Assembly (NCBI GenBank): GCA_015065065.1
Contig: SVQX01000003.1
Coordinates: forward strand, 21,930-85,929
DNA: 64,000 bases
Direction: 5' to 3'
Origin: Oscillospiraceae bacterium
GTDB lineage: Bacteria > Bacillota > Clostridia > Oscillospirales > CAG-272
Below, piece after piece: positions 9,647-18,938 of this stretch. Position 1 is the stretch's first letter, and each line of letters begins with the position of its first letter. The notes under the pieces are model-generated. The model did no database searches, had not been told where the DNA came from, and saw only the letters and a program-made list of their open reading frames with translations. The position numbers were made by a program, and so were the translations under genes.

Positions 9647-10012
9647 ATGAAAGATTCAGAACTGCGAACAATAGCAAAAGCTCTTGCTCTACATATAATC
9701 GCCGTCTGCGATGAGATAGATACTCGCAAAGGCAGAGGTGTGCTCGTAAATCAAATTATCAGAAGTGCGACCTCTATAGGAGCAAATATTCACGAAGCGA
9801 ATTATGCGGCAAGTAAAGCTGATTTTATAAACAAATTTCATATCGCACTCAAAGAATGTGGAGAAACCGAATATTGGGTTGAAATGCTCGTTGGCTCAAA
9901 TGCAATAAGCGAACAAATCGCAAAAGAACTTTTGCAGGACTGTGGTGTCATTCGCCGTATGCTTGTAAAATCCATCACCACCGCAAAGGGAAACGCTAAC
10001 GGGCAAACGTGA
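9647..10012 (+). CDS. four-helix-bundle protein (23S rRNA intervening-sequence protein / Avd-like family)
   Basis: Family signature IIRSATSIGANIHEANYAASKADFINKFHIALKECGETEYWVEML. Confidence 0.8.
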   Translation: MKDSELRTIAKALALHIIAVCDEIDTRKGRGVLVNQIIRSATSIGANIHEANYAASKADFINKFHIALKECGETEYWVEMLVGSNAISEQIAKELLQDCGVIRRMLVKSITTAKGNANGQT

Positions 10013-10080
10013 TTTTCGAGCAAAACTCGAAGCTCTAATTTACAGTTGTTTAAAATAACTTATCAAAGGATGTGGCTGAT

Positions 10081-10794
10081 ATGGAAAAAATAATCACTTA
10101 TGAAACCCTACGCAATTTTGCGTATTCAAACGACTCGCTCATCAAAGGTGCAATCAAAGGTATCGTACTGAATTTTTACGGCTTAGGTGGTATGACTATA
10201 CATAACACCGATCCGGGTGATGCACTGGAATATGCGGAAAAAGGTATTATTTACGTTATTCCGTATTATAACCCTTGGTCTTGGATGAACAAACAGGCAG
10301 TTGCATATACGGACGAGATCATTTCTGTTCTGTGCGAAAAATACGGATTAGGTTCTTCGGTTAAAATCGTATCGACCGGAGGTTCTATGGGTGGGCTTTC
10401 CGCGCTTGTGTATTGCGCTTATGCTAAAATAACACCGTGCGCCTGTGTTGCGAACTGCCCCGTTTGCGATCTTCCGTATCACTTCACCGAACGCCCCGAT
10501 CTTCCACGCACCTTATACAGTGCCTTCGGCGAATATGATGGAGATATGCAATCGGCTTTGCGTAGCTGCTCCCCTTTACATCTGGTTGAAAAAATGCCGA
10601 ATATCAGCTACACGGTTTTTCATTGCACCAGCGATAAATCCGTTAATTTGGAACAGCATTCGAAACGCTTTGCGGAAGCAATGGGGGCTACCCATACTAT
10701 TAATCTTAATATCGTGCCTTGGCGCGGGCATTGTGATCTTTCCGCAGAAGCAAGGGTTGATTACAACCAAACGATTCTTAAGGTATTCGAATAA
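10081..10794 (+). CDS. alpha/beta hydrolase
   Basis: ATG 10081; the track start 10072 is a GTG too close to the RBS. Nucleophile elbow GGSMGG. Shares the cassette leader at 10013-10067. Confidence 0.65.
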   Translation: MEKIITYETLRNFAYSNDSLIKGAIKGIVLNFYGLGGMTIHNTDPGDALEYAEKGIIYVIPYYNPWSWMNKQAVAYTDEIISVLCEKYGLGSSVKIVSTGGSMGGLSALVYCAYAKITPCACVANCPVCDLPYHFTERPDLPRTLYSAFGEYDGDMQSALRSCSPLHLVEKMPNISYTVFHCTSDKSVNLEQHSKRFAEAMGATHTINLNIVPWRGHCDLSAEARVDYNQTILKVFE

Positions 10795-10830
10795 AATATA
10801 CCTTTTGCGGTTCCCTCCCATGTTGAAAAT
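10795..10830 (+). repeat. degenerate cassette junction J4 (single box, no rlmD mimic)
   Basis: TAA fused to AATATACCTTTTGCGGTTCCCTCCC. Confidence 0.6.
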
Positions 10831-10861
10831 TTAGTTTGTTTGATGAAAAAGGAAAATAAAT

Positions 10862-12013
10862 ATGAAAGCTGTAATTGCGATAGATTCTTTTAAAGGCAGC
10901 CTTAATACTTTTCAGTCGGGAGCTGCGGTTACGGATGCGATACGCACCGTGTATCCCGATGCAGAAGTAAAAGTGTGTCCATTAGCAGACGGGGGAGAGG
11001 GTACGGTTTCAGCCGTTGTTTCTGCCCTTAATGGAGAAATATGCGAGGTTGAGGTTTGCGGTCCTCTCGGCGAAAGGGTTGTTGCGGAATACGGAGTTAT
11101 ATCCTCAAAAAAGCTTGCGGTTATTGAGATGAGTGCGGCGGCGGGTATTACACTCGTCCCCGACGAAAAAAGAAACCCCCTCAACACCACAACCTACGGT
11201 GTGGGCGAGCTTATACTTCACGCAATAGAAAAAATGGAGTGCCGACACTTTTTGATCGGCATCGGTGGCAGTGCGACAAACGACGGCGGCTTAGGTATGC
11301 TTTCCGCACTCGGCTTTGAATTTCTTGATAAAGACGGAAAGACCGTTTCCCATTTCGGCAAGGGGCTTCGAGACATTGTGAGAATAGACGCAAGCAGGTG
11401 CTTGCCTTCCCTTAAAAAATGCAGTTTCCAAATTGCCTGCGACGTTAACAATCCCCTTTGCGGAGAGGTTGGTTGTAGCAGAATTTACGGTCCGCAAAAG
11501 GGTGCAACCGAAGAAATAATATGCGACATGGATGCGTGGCTTTCAAACTATGCAGTCCTTACAAAGTCTGTGTTTAAAAACGCCGACGCAAGCTATCCCG
11601 GAGCAGGGGCTGCGGGTGGTCTCGGCTTTGCCTTTCTATCATATCTACATGCTTCTCTCACATCGGGAATAGAGCTTGTAATACGAGTTACAGAGCTTGA
11701 AAAACAAATACAGGACACCGATATAGTAATTACAGGCGAGGGTAGACTTGATGCACAGTCTTGCATGGGTAAGGCACCTGTCGGAGTAGCGAAGGCTGCA
11801 AAAAAATACGGGAAACCGGTCATCGCTTTTTCGGGTGCGGTTACAAAAGATGCAGGACTTTGCAATGAATACGGAATAGATGCGTTTTTTCCAATCGTCC
11901 GTACCCCCTGCTCACTAAAGGATGCCATGGATGTAGACAACGCTTATACCAACTTGAAAAATACTGCCGAACAAGCATTCAGGCTTATAAAAACATTCTC
12001 AAAAATCATGTAA
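10862..12013 (+). CDS. glxK: glycerate kinase
   Basis: Motifs MKAVIAIDSFKGSL, ADGGEGT, GGSATNDGG, and GEGRLDAQSCMGKAPVGVA. Confidence 0.85.
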   Translation: MKAVIAIDSFKGSLNTFQSGAAVTDAIRTVYPDAEVKVCPLADGGEGTVSAVVSALNGEICEVEVCGPLGERVVAEYGVISSKKLAVIEMSAAAGITLVPDEKRNPLNTTTYGVGELILHAIEKMECRHFLIGIGGSATNDGGLGMLSALGFEFLDKDGKTVSHFGKGLRDIVRIDASRCLPSLKKCSFQIACDVNNPLCGEVGCSRIYGPQKGATEEIICDMDAWLSNYAVLTKSVFKNADASYPGAGAAGGLGFAFLSYLHASLTSGIELVIRVTELEKQIQDTDIVITGEGRLDAQSCMGKAPVGVAKAAKKYGKPVIAFSGAVTKDAGLCNEYGIDAFFPIVRTPCSLKDAMDVDNAYTNLKNTAEQAFRLIKTFSKIM

Positions 12014-12107
12014 ACCGAGACTTTTTGCTTTCTCCCCCCCGTTTTTGGCACAAAAATATACCTTTTGTACTCCCCACCCACATCGAGAGTGTCGTGTGTC
12101 TCACACG
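12014..12107 (+). repeat. cassette junction J5 (terminal): box, C-run, box, rlmD-end mimic
   Basis: CCCCCCCGTTTTTGGCACAAAAATATACCTTTTG precedes the core CACATCGAGAGTGTCGTGTGTCTCACACG at 12079-12107. Confidence 0.85.
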
Positions 12108-12376
12108 CACTATTGGACGGATTTATCAGACGAATTATTTCCTAATGTTTTTACATAACAATTCGCCCGAGATCCTTTGCTACATCGCCCCACGTTGTCA
12201 TTCTGGAGCGCAGCGAAAAATCTCGTGGGGCAACTCCGCTTAAGGATGACACGGGCGAAATAAACGCCGAAATACAATATTAAAAACAACAGATGTTACG
12301 GCCTTCTAAAAACATATTTTGACGTCATACTCACCATCCCTGCCAAGACTTAACTTCAAAATAAAGGAGTCTCACT

Positions 12377-13042
12377 ATGAAGCTTCTCATCAGCGCACTT
12401 ACAAAATTCATATTTGGCATTATCCTTGTGGGAATAATGCTTTTTCTGCCCGCATGGACGTTCTGTTACCCCGGCGCGTGGCTGTTTTTAGGCGTGCTTT
12501 TTATTCCTATGCTCATAGTTGGCGCGGTACTGTACGTCAAGTCCCCCGCCCTGCTTGAAAAGCGCCTTGACAACAAGGAAAAGGAGAAAACTCAACGCGG
12601 AGTGGTCGCGCTTTCGGGGCTGATGTTCCCCGTTGGATTTATATTGTCGGCGCTTGATTTCCGCTTTGACTGGTCGAGCGTTCCCGCGTGGCTGTCCATC
12701 GCGGCGGCAGCATTGTTCCTTGGCGGCTACGGCATGTACGCCGAGGTAATGCGCGAGAACGCCTACCTTTCGCGGACGGTTGAGGTGCAATCGGGACAAA
12801 AGGTTATCGACACGGGGCTTTACGGTATTGTGCGCCACCCTATGTATCTCGCAACGCTCTTCATGTTTCTCCCCATTCCGCTTATTCTCGGCTCGCTTTG
12901 GGGGCTTATTCCCTTTGCAATCTATCCCGTGGTTATAGTAATACGGATACTTAATGAAGAAAAGGTACTCACAGAGCAGCTCCTTGGCTACTCGGAATAC
13001 AAAAAGAAAGTTAAATACAGACTCATTCCCTTTGTGTGGTAA
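12377..13042 (+). CDS. membrane methyltransferase, ICMT/PEMT-like family
   Basis: Multi-TM protein with the motif GLYGIVRHPMYLATLFMF. Confidence 0.7.
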   Translation: MKLLISALTKFIFGIILVGIMLFLPAWTFCYPGAWLFLGVLFIPMLIVGAVLYVKSPALLEKRLDNKEKEKTQRGVVALSGLMFPVGFILSALDFRFDWSSVPAWLSIAAAALFLGGYGMYAEVMRENAYLSRTVEVQSGQKVIDTGLYGIVRHPMYLATLFMFLPIPLILGSLWGLIPFAIYPVVIVIRILNEEKVLTEQLLGYSEYKKKVKYRLIPFVW

Positions 13043-13051
13043 AAATACATT

Positions 13052-13837
13052 ATGAAAAGAACTTTGATTGATTCACTCCCTCTCGCCCTACCCCACGAAT
13101 TTGACAAATTCATTGTCGGAGCAAAAATATTTGACAGCTCCTGCTCGCCCGAGGCGCGGGTTTACTATATTGAAAGTGACGGCGGCTACTACCTCAAGAC
13201 CGCCCCGAAGGGTACGCTTTTGCGCGAGGCACAGATGACGGAATATTTTCACTCAATAGGGCTTGGGGCGGAGATTTTGGGCTACTGCTCGGGTGACGTT
13301 GATCTCTTGCTGACCTCCCGTATGCGGGGCGAGGACTGTACCCACGCCGACTATCTTGCGGACGGCAAGCGGCTCTGCGACACTATTGCCACCGAGCTGC
13401 GCCGACTCCACGAGCTTGATTTTTCAGACTGCCCCGTTCAGGACAGAATTTCCGAATACATAACCACAGTCGAAGCAAATTACCGCACGGGTAATTATGA
13501 CACCTCCCACTTTCCCGACAGCTTCGGGTATACATCGGCAGAGGATGCTATGCTCGTTTTTAAGGACGGAAGCTCTCGGCTTCGCCGCGACGTTTTGCTT
13601 CACGGCGACTACTGTCTGCCAAACATCATGCTGGATAATTGGCGGCTTTCGGGATTTATAGACCTTGGAAACGGCGGTGTGGGAGACAGGCACATTGATA
13701 TATTCTGGGGTGTGTGGACGCTTGGCTTCAATCTTAGAACCGACGCATACCGCGACAGATTTCTTGATGCCTACGGCAGAGATAAGGTGGACGAGGAAAT
13801 GCTGAGAATCGTTGCCGCAGCAGAGGTTTTTGGATAA
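13052..13837 (+). CDS. aminoglycoside 3'-phosphotransferase-like kinase (APH family)
   Basis: Motifs HGDYCLPNIM and GFIDLGNGGVGDRHIDI. Confidence 0.7.
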   Translation: MKRTLIDSLPLALPHEFDKFIVGAKIFDSSCSPEARVYYIESDGGYYLKTAPKGTLLREAQMTEYFHSIGLGAEILGYCSGDVDLLLTSRMRGEDCTHADYLADGKRLCDTIATELRRLHELDFSDCPVQDRISEYITTVEANYRTGNYDTSHFPDSFGYTSAEDAMLVFKDGSSRLRRDVLLHGDYCLPNIMLDNWRLSGFIDLGNGGVGDRHIDIFWGVWTLGFNLRTDAYRDRFLDAYGRDKVDEEMLRIVAAAEVFG

Positions 13838-13915
13838 ACGACCGTTAAACCGATCTCAGCGCGGACACTGTCTGACGCTCTATTCCCATACAAATAACTC
13901 ACAAGGAAGGACAAC

Positions 13916-16684
13916 ATGCCAAAGGATATTTCATTCAAAGAGGTCAAAAGCCTTACAAATTACTATAAAGATCTGATGTCAAGATTGGGTCATGGGACTT
14001 CTGTAGGCGCGGGCTATTCGGCAGATCTAAAAAATCAGATCGACGAGCTTTTGCTGAGAGATTTCTTTTCCCGCACGGCAGAAAAGCTTTTGGGCGGAGA
14101 GGCTTTGGAGCTTTCATCCGTCCAGCTACGACTTTTCCTGTCGCAGATATATTATTCGATTTACGGAAATGACCTGTCTTCGGTGTGTCAACAGCTGAGC
14201 GATAATAATTCAAGCCATATTTTCGAGATGCTGAATGCGATGACGCCCGCTCTCAATCCTTTGTCGTGGATAATATCGTCGGGAAAGAAAAAGAGCGCCG
14301 CCACAGATGCCTACAAAAAATTATCGGCTATGCAGAGCGAATCCTTCGTGCGCTTGGCGGAGGATGCTCTCGCCAAATTAAACGACTTAAAGCGGACGGA
14401 CGCGGACACTATAACCGACGATTTCCTTCGCCACACCTCCAATTACAAAAAAGCCGCAGGGCAAGCCAACGAAAAAGCCTTTGCGCTCAATCGCGATATT
14501 CCCTCCATTCAAAAATTCCGCAACGATTACGAGGCGCGTATTCAAAAATTCGAGCATATCAAAGCCGCCCTCGACAAAAGCGCGGAGGACGTCAAGGTCG
14601 CCGTTGAGCATTTCATGGCACAGGAGCTTGTCGCCGCTCTTGGCAATATGCCTGTTGAGGAGCTGGGACGAGCCCGTCAGAATTTAAAGATCAAATATCT
14701 GAAGGATGCCGGCTTTTCAACCCTTGCCGACGTTTTCGTCGCGTCAAGAGAGGAGGTCGCCTCCGCATACGGCATCAGCGAGGATGCCTCGCACGCTATA
14801 AAAGATATTTGTCAGAATTATGCCCAGCAGGTTCGCCGTGGGCTCAAGCTCAAGCTTTCAACGGACGATCAGACGAAGCACGCAACACAAGTCATCACGG
14901 CAATCTGCAATTATATAAAACAAAAGGAATACGTTACCCAAATAGATACCCTGAACGCCAAATGCGGTAGCTCGCTGGTAGAATCCTTTGAGTGTTTGTC
15001 CGAATGTAAAAATAACGCCGCTTGGATATTTTATTCCGAAGACGAGCTTGAGCAAATACGGGAAAATTATAAAAATATCAAGAATATCCTAACAAGCTAT
15101 TTTCTCCACACCGCCGACGGCATTATAAAGGCTCACAAAAAGCTAAACGGAGCAGATGCGAAATCCGCATGGGAGGATTTCACACTCAACTCCATCAGCT
15201 ATTACAACGTAATAGAGGAGCTCCTCCCCGGCGTTCTCGGCACGGATGATTCCATCTACGGTCTGCCCAAGGAATTAGCGCGACAAATTCAGGACGAGTG
15301 CCTTTTCCCCAATGGGTTGCTGTGTCAATTACGAAAATATCAGGAATGGGGCGTGAAATATATTCTTCATCAGGAGCGCGTGCTTTTGGGCGACGAGATG
15401 GGTCTTGGAAAGACCATTCAAGCAATCGCGACTATGGTGTCACTCAAAAACACCGGAGCAACTCACTTTTTGGTAATTTGCCCCGCTTCCGTTATTACCA
15501 ACTGGTGCAGAGAGATCGTAAAGCACAGCAAATTGCGCGTGATAAAGATACATGGGACGGGCAAGCCCGCGGCTATCAAATCATGGATAAACACAGGCGG
15601 CGTTGCGGTCACGAATTACGAATCGACACCGTATTTTAAGCTTGAAGACGATTTCAAATTTGACCTTGTCGTGGTTGACGAGGCGCACTATATCAAAAAC
15701 GAATTTGCAAGACGCAGTATAAACACGCGAAGCATTGCCTCGCACGCGGAGCGGCTTTTGTTTATGACGGGAACTGCCTTGGAAAACAAGGTGGACGAAA
15801 TGATATCCCTCATCGACGTTTTAAACCCGTCAATAGGAAAAACCGTCAGGGATATGGCTTTTATGTCCTCCGCGCAGAATTTCAGAGAAACGATAGCGCC
15901 CGTTTATTACCGACGAAAGCGCGAGCAGGTACTCACCGAGCTTCCGGATAAGATCGAAACGCGGGAATGGTGTACCCTCAATCCCGAGGAGGAAAGCATA
16001 TACGAGCAAGCAATTCTGGAGCATAAATTTCAGGAGGCACGTCGCGTTTCGTGGAATATAAACGATCTGAGCAAATCCTCCAAGGCTACCCGACTCAAGG
16101 AGCTGATCGAGGAAGCCAAAGCCGAGGGCAGAAAAATAATAGTTTTCTCCTTCTTTTTGGACACCATCAGAAAAATCCGCGCCTTTTTAAAGGATCAATG
16201 TCTTGATCCTATCACGGGCTCTGTCAGCGTAAATCGCAGGCAGGAAATTTTAGACGAGTTTGAAGCCGCTCCCGAGGGCACGGTTTTGTTGGCACAGATA
16301 ACGTCAGGCGGAACGGGACTCAATATCCAATCCGCAAGCGTAGTTATTATCTGCGAGCCGCAGTTCAAGCCCTCGACGGAAAATCAAGCCATTTCAAGAG
16401 CTTATCGTATGGGACAGACGCGAAACGTTTTGGTATACCGCCTACTTTGCGAGGAAACCGTTGACGAAAGAATAACCAAGCTTCTTGAGGACAAGCAAGC
16501 CGTATTCGACACCTTTGCGGACAAATCCGTCGCCGCACAAAATATCGAGATCGACGACAAGGCGTTCAAGGATATCATCAAAGAGGAAATTGAGCGTATA
16601 CGCAAAAAGAAAGGTCTGCCGCCCACGGCTTCAAATGAGGCTGATGGGGATGTTGATATTATGGATAAAGGAGCAAATACATGA
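13916..16684 (+). CDS. SNF2-family helicase with a ~450-aa N-terminal extension of unknown function
   Basis: Motifs LRKYQEWGV, DEMGLGKTIQAIA, VVDEAHYIKN, and C-terminal helicase motif QAISRAYRMGQ. Confidence 0.8.
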   Translation: MPKDISFKEVKSLTNYYKDLMSRLGHGTSVGAGYSADLKNQIDELLLRDFFSRTAEKLLGGEALELSSVQLRLFLSQIYYSIYGNDLSSVCQQLSDNNSSHIFEMLNAMTPALNPLSWIISSGKKKSAATDAYKKLSAMQSESFVRLAEDALAKLNDLKRTDADTITDDFLRHTSNYKKAAGQANEKAFALNRDIPSIQKFRNDYEARIQKFEHIKAALDKSAEDVKVAVEHFMAQELVAALGNMPVEELGRARQNLKIKYLKDAGFSTLADVFVASREEVASAYGISEDASHAIKDICQNYAQQVRRGLKLKLSTDDQTKHATQVITAICNYIKQKEYVTQIDTLNAKCGSSLVESFECLSECKNNAAWIFYSEDELEQIRENYKNIKNILTSYFLHTADGIIKAHKKLNGADAKSAWEDFTLNSISYYNVIEELLPGVLGTDDSIYGLPKELARQIQDECLFPNGLLCQLRKYQEWGVKYILHQERVLLGDEMGLGKTIQAIATMVSLKNTGATHFLVICPASVITNWCREIVKHSKLRVIKIHGTGKPAAIKSWINTGGVAVTNYESTPYFKLEDDFKFDLVVVDEAHYIKNEFARRSINTRSIASHAERLLFMTGTALENKVDEMISLIDVLNPSIGKTVRDMAFMSSAQNFRETIAPVYYRRKREQVLTELPDKIETREWCTLNPEEESIYEQAILEHKFQEARRVSWNINDLSKSSKATRLKELIEEAKAEGRKIIVFSFFLDTIRKIRAFLKDQCLDPITGSVSVNRRQEILDEFEAAPEGTVLLAQITSGGTGLNIQSASVVIICEPQFKPSTENQAISRAYRMGQTRNVLVYRLLCEETVDERITKLLEDKQAVFDTFADKSVAAQNIEIDDKAFKDIIKEEIERIRKKKGLPPTASNEADGDVDIMDKGANT

Positions 16685-18813
16685 ACCTTCCCGAACAATG
16701 GATATGGCTGCCGAAGGAGCATTTTCCGAATGAGCAGACTACTAAATACAGCGCGTTTCTCGGAGGCGACTACCGTCAGGTGATCGCTGAATTCAAACGA
16801 GAATATTCCTTTTCCCAAAAGGTTATCCGCGCGCGTGTGCGCGTCAGCGGTGATACCTATTTCGAGCTTTATTTGAACGGCGAATTCGTTTGCACGGGTC
16901 CTGCGTGTGTAGGCGGCGACTTTATGTCCAACGAGCGCGTGCGTCCCAATTTCTACGCATGGGAGCTTGACCTTCACTCCGATTCCGACACGCTTGAATT
17001 TTTTGCCCGCGTGCGTATGCTTCCCCGCAAGATATCCGAATACTCCAAGGGACACGGCGGCTTTATGCTTGCCGCCGAGCTTGAATTTGACGACGGCACT
17101 ACCACCGTCATATCCACAGATGAAAGCTGGAAGGCGCGGCAAAATCTCGCATTCACCTCCTCCACTCTTTACGATGGGCGCTTGGGCGTGAGTGCTTACT
17201 ACCCTGCCGAGGTCATTACTGATCTGTGGAACGCGCAGACGGCACCTACGCCGCCCTGCATTGAGGAAACTTTTTTCGGCGAGGACATCACCGTCGCGCC
17301 CCACGAGAAAAAGGAGATAGTTCTCGATTACGACAGAATTCACACCGCCTACGTTGGCGTACACGCCGTGGCAAAGGGTGACGTAAGTGTCGAAACGCTC
17401 TGCCGCGAGCAGACAGAAAGCCCCATGGGAATGACCTTCATATTTGACCGCGACGGATACGCGCGCAGTCCTGTATTTTTCAGCGTGGGCAACATCACCG
17501 TAAAAATAAAAAACAGCGCGGACACGCCCGCAGTGGTACGAATTGACCTTATTTCCACTCACTACCCCGTGGACCGAGTGGCAATGACGGTAACGGACGA
17601 CGGCGATATGAACGACGTGCTTGACATTTGCCGTCACACCCTCAAAATATGCAGACAGACGCACCACCTCGACAGTCCGCGACACAGCGAGCCGCTTGCC
17701 TGCACGGGTGATTACTACATTGACGCGCTTATGACGTCCTTTACCTTCGGGGATATGCGACTTGCGGAATTTGACGCGCTTCGCACGGCGGAATTGCTTC
17801 GCCACAACGACGGCAGACTCTTCCACACCACCTACAGCCTTATCTACGTTTCCATGCTGCTTGACATTTACAAATTCACGGGCAAGCTCTCCCTCTTGAC
17901 CGACTGCAAGGACGCGCTCCTGCTTCTTTTGCGTCGCTTTGAAACGTATATCGGCGAGAACGGGCTTATCGAAACTCCGCCCGATTACATGTTTGTGGAT
18001 TGGATATATATCGACGGCATATCCATGCATCATCCTCCCAAGGCTTTGGGACAGACCTGCCTTAATATGTTCTATTTCGGCGCTCTCGGTGCGGCGGCAG
18101 AAATCTTTGATGTACTTGGAGAATCAGCCGTTGCAAAGGATTGCATATCCAAGCGTGAGCTGCTCCGCACTGCCATAAACTCTATACTTTTTGACAGCGA
18201 GCACGGCGTTTACTTTGAGGGACTCAACACCCCCACCGAGGAACATCTGCTGGCGCAGTACATGCCGCAGAACACAAGCAAGCGCTACTACATGAAGCAC
18301 TCAAACGTCCTCGCGGCGTACTATGGCGTTTGCGACGACCAGCTGTCGTGCGAGCTTATCCGCAAGGTAATGACGGACGAGTGCGAGGGCGAGATCCAGC
18401 CTTACTTTTTGCACTATCTGTTTGAAGCGATATTCAGGTGCGGTCTGCGCGAGCGCTACACCCGCGAGCTTGCCGAGCGTTGGAAGGAGCCCGTGCTGGC
18501 GTTCCGCAAAGGACTTGTGGAGGGCTTCGTTGCGCCTGAGCCGGGTTATCCCTTTGACCACAGCCACGCATGGGGCGGAAGTCCGCTTTATTCGTTGCCA
18601 AAGGCGTTCACGGGTCTTTTGATCAACAAAGCAGGCTACGACGAGATCACTCTCTCCCCCTCTCTGTGCGGCTACAAATCCGCCCGCGTGGAGATACCCA
18701 CGCCTCACGGCGACGTTATCTGTCAGCTTGAAGAGGACAAAAATCCGACCGTCACCTGCCCCGCCGCAATAAAGCTGAACTGTGACGCTGACTGCATCGT
18801 AATAACCGTTTAA
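16681..18813 (+). CDS. GH78 (alpha-L-rhamnosidase)-like six-hairpin glycosidase
   Basis: Motifs YFELYLNGEFVCTGP, LDSPRHSEPLACTGDYY and HSHAWGGSPLY resemble GH78 signatures from memory. The start overlaps the SNF2 stop (ATGA). Confidence 0.6.
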   Translation: MNLPEQWIWLPKEHFPNEQTTKYSAFLGGDYRQVIAEFKREYSFSQKVIRARVRVSGDTYFELYLNGEFVCTGPACVGGDFMSNERVRPNFYAWELDLHSDSDTLEFFARVRMLPRKISEYSKGHGGFMLAAELEFDDGTTTVISTDESWKARQNLAFTSSTLYDGRLGVSAYYPAEVITDLWNAQTAPTPPCIEETFFGEDITVAPHEKKEIVLDYDRIHTAYVGVHAVAKGDVSVETLCREQTESPMGMTFIFDRDGYARSPVFFSVGNITVKIKNSADTPAVVRIDLISTHYPVDRVAMTVTDDGDMNDVLDICRHTLKICRQTHHLDSPRHSEPLACTGDYYIDALMTSFTFGDMRLAEFDALRTAELLRHNDGRLFHTTYSLIYVSMLLDIYKFTGKLSLLTDCKDALLLLLRRFETYIGENGLIETPPDYMFVDWIYIDGISMHHPPKALGQTCLNMFYFGALGAAAEIFDVLGESAVAKDCISKRELLRTAINSILFDSEHGVYFEGLNTPTEEHLLAQYMPQNTSKRYYMKHSNVLAAYYGVCDDQLSCELIRKVMTDECEGEIQPYFLHYLFEAIFRCGLRERYTRELAERWKEPVLAFRKGLVEGFVAPEPGYPFDHSHAWGGSPLYSLPKAFTGLLINKAGYDEITLSPSLCGYKSARVEIPTPHGDVICQLEEDKNPTVTCPAAIKLNCDADCIVITV

Positions 18814-18938
18814 GCGGAATTTTTATCACAGCACTTTAAACGCAACAAGACGCGCGAGGCGGGGACGCAAAATTGACCGACACGCATAAATTTCATGCCT
18901 CCAAAGTATGATGAAATATCACACTTTCGGAGGTGGGT

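Noticed and set aside
9647-10012. Four-helix-bundle gene as the Avd component of a diversity-generating retroelement
   Set aside because: The window contains no reverse transcriptase and no template/variable repeat pair.
6952-12107. Classical integron or CALIN
   Set aside because: There is no intI. The junction repeats are direct box pairs plus an rlmD-end copy, not attC-type imperfect palindromes with R/L boxes. I therefore report it as integron-like only by analogy.
13052-13837. APH(3')-like gene as an acquired resistance determinant on a mobile element
   Set aside because: There are no flanking IS elements, repeats or recombinase, and composition matches the neighbours. It is more likely a chromosomal kinase-family gene. 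The resistance phenotype is untested.
16402-18033. 543-aa minus-strand ORF
   Set aside because: It is fully antisense to the well-supported SNF2 3' end and GH78-like gene. Its Arg/Gly/Val-rich composition is typical of a shadow frame in GC-rich coding DNA, and it has no motifs.
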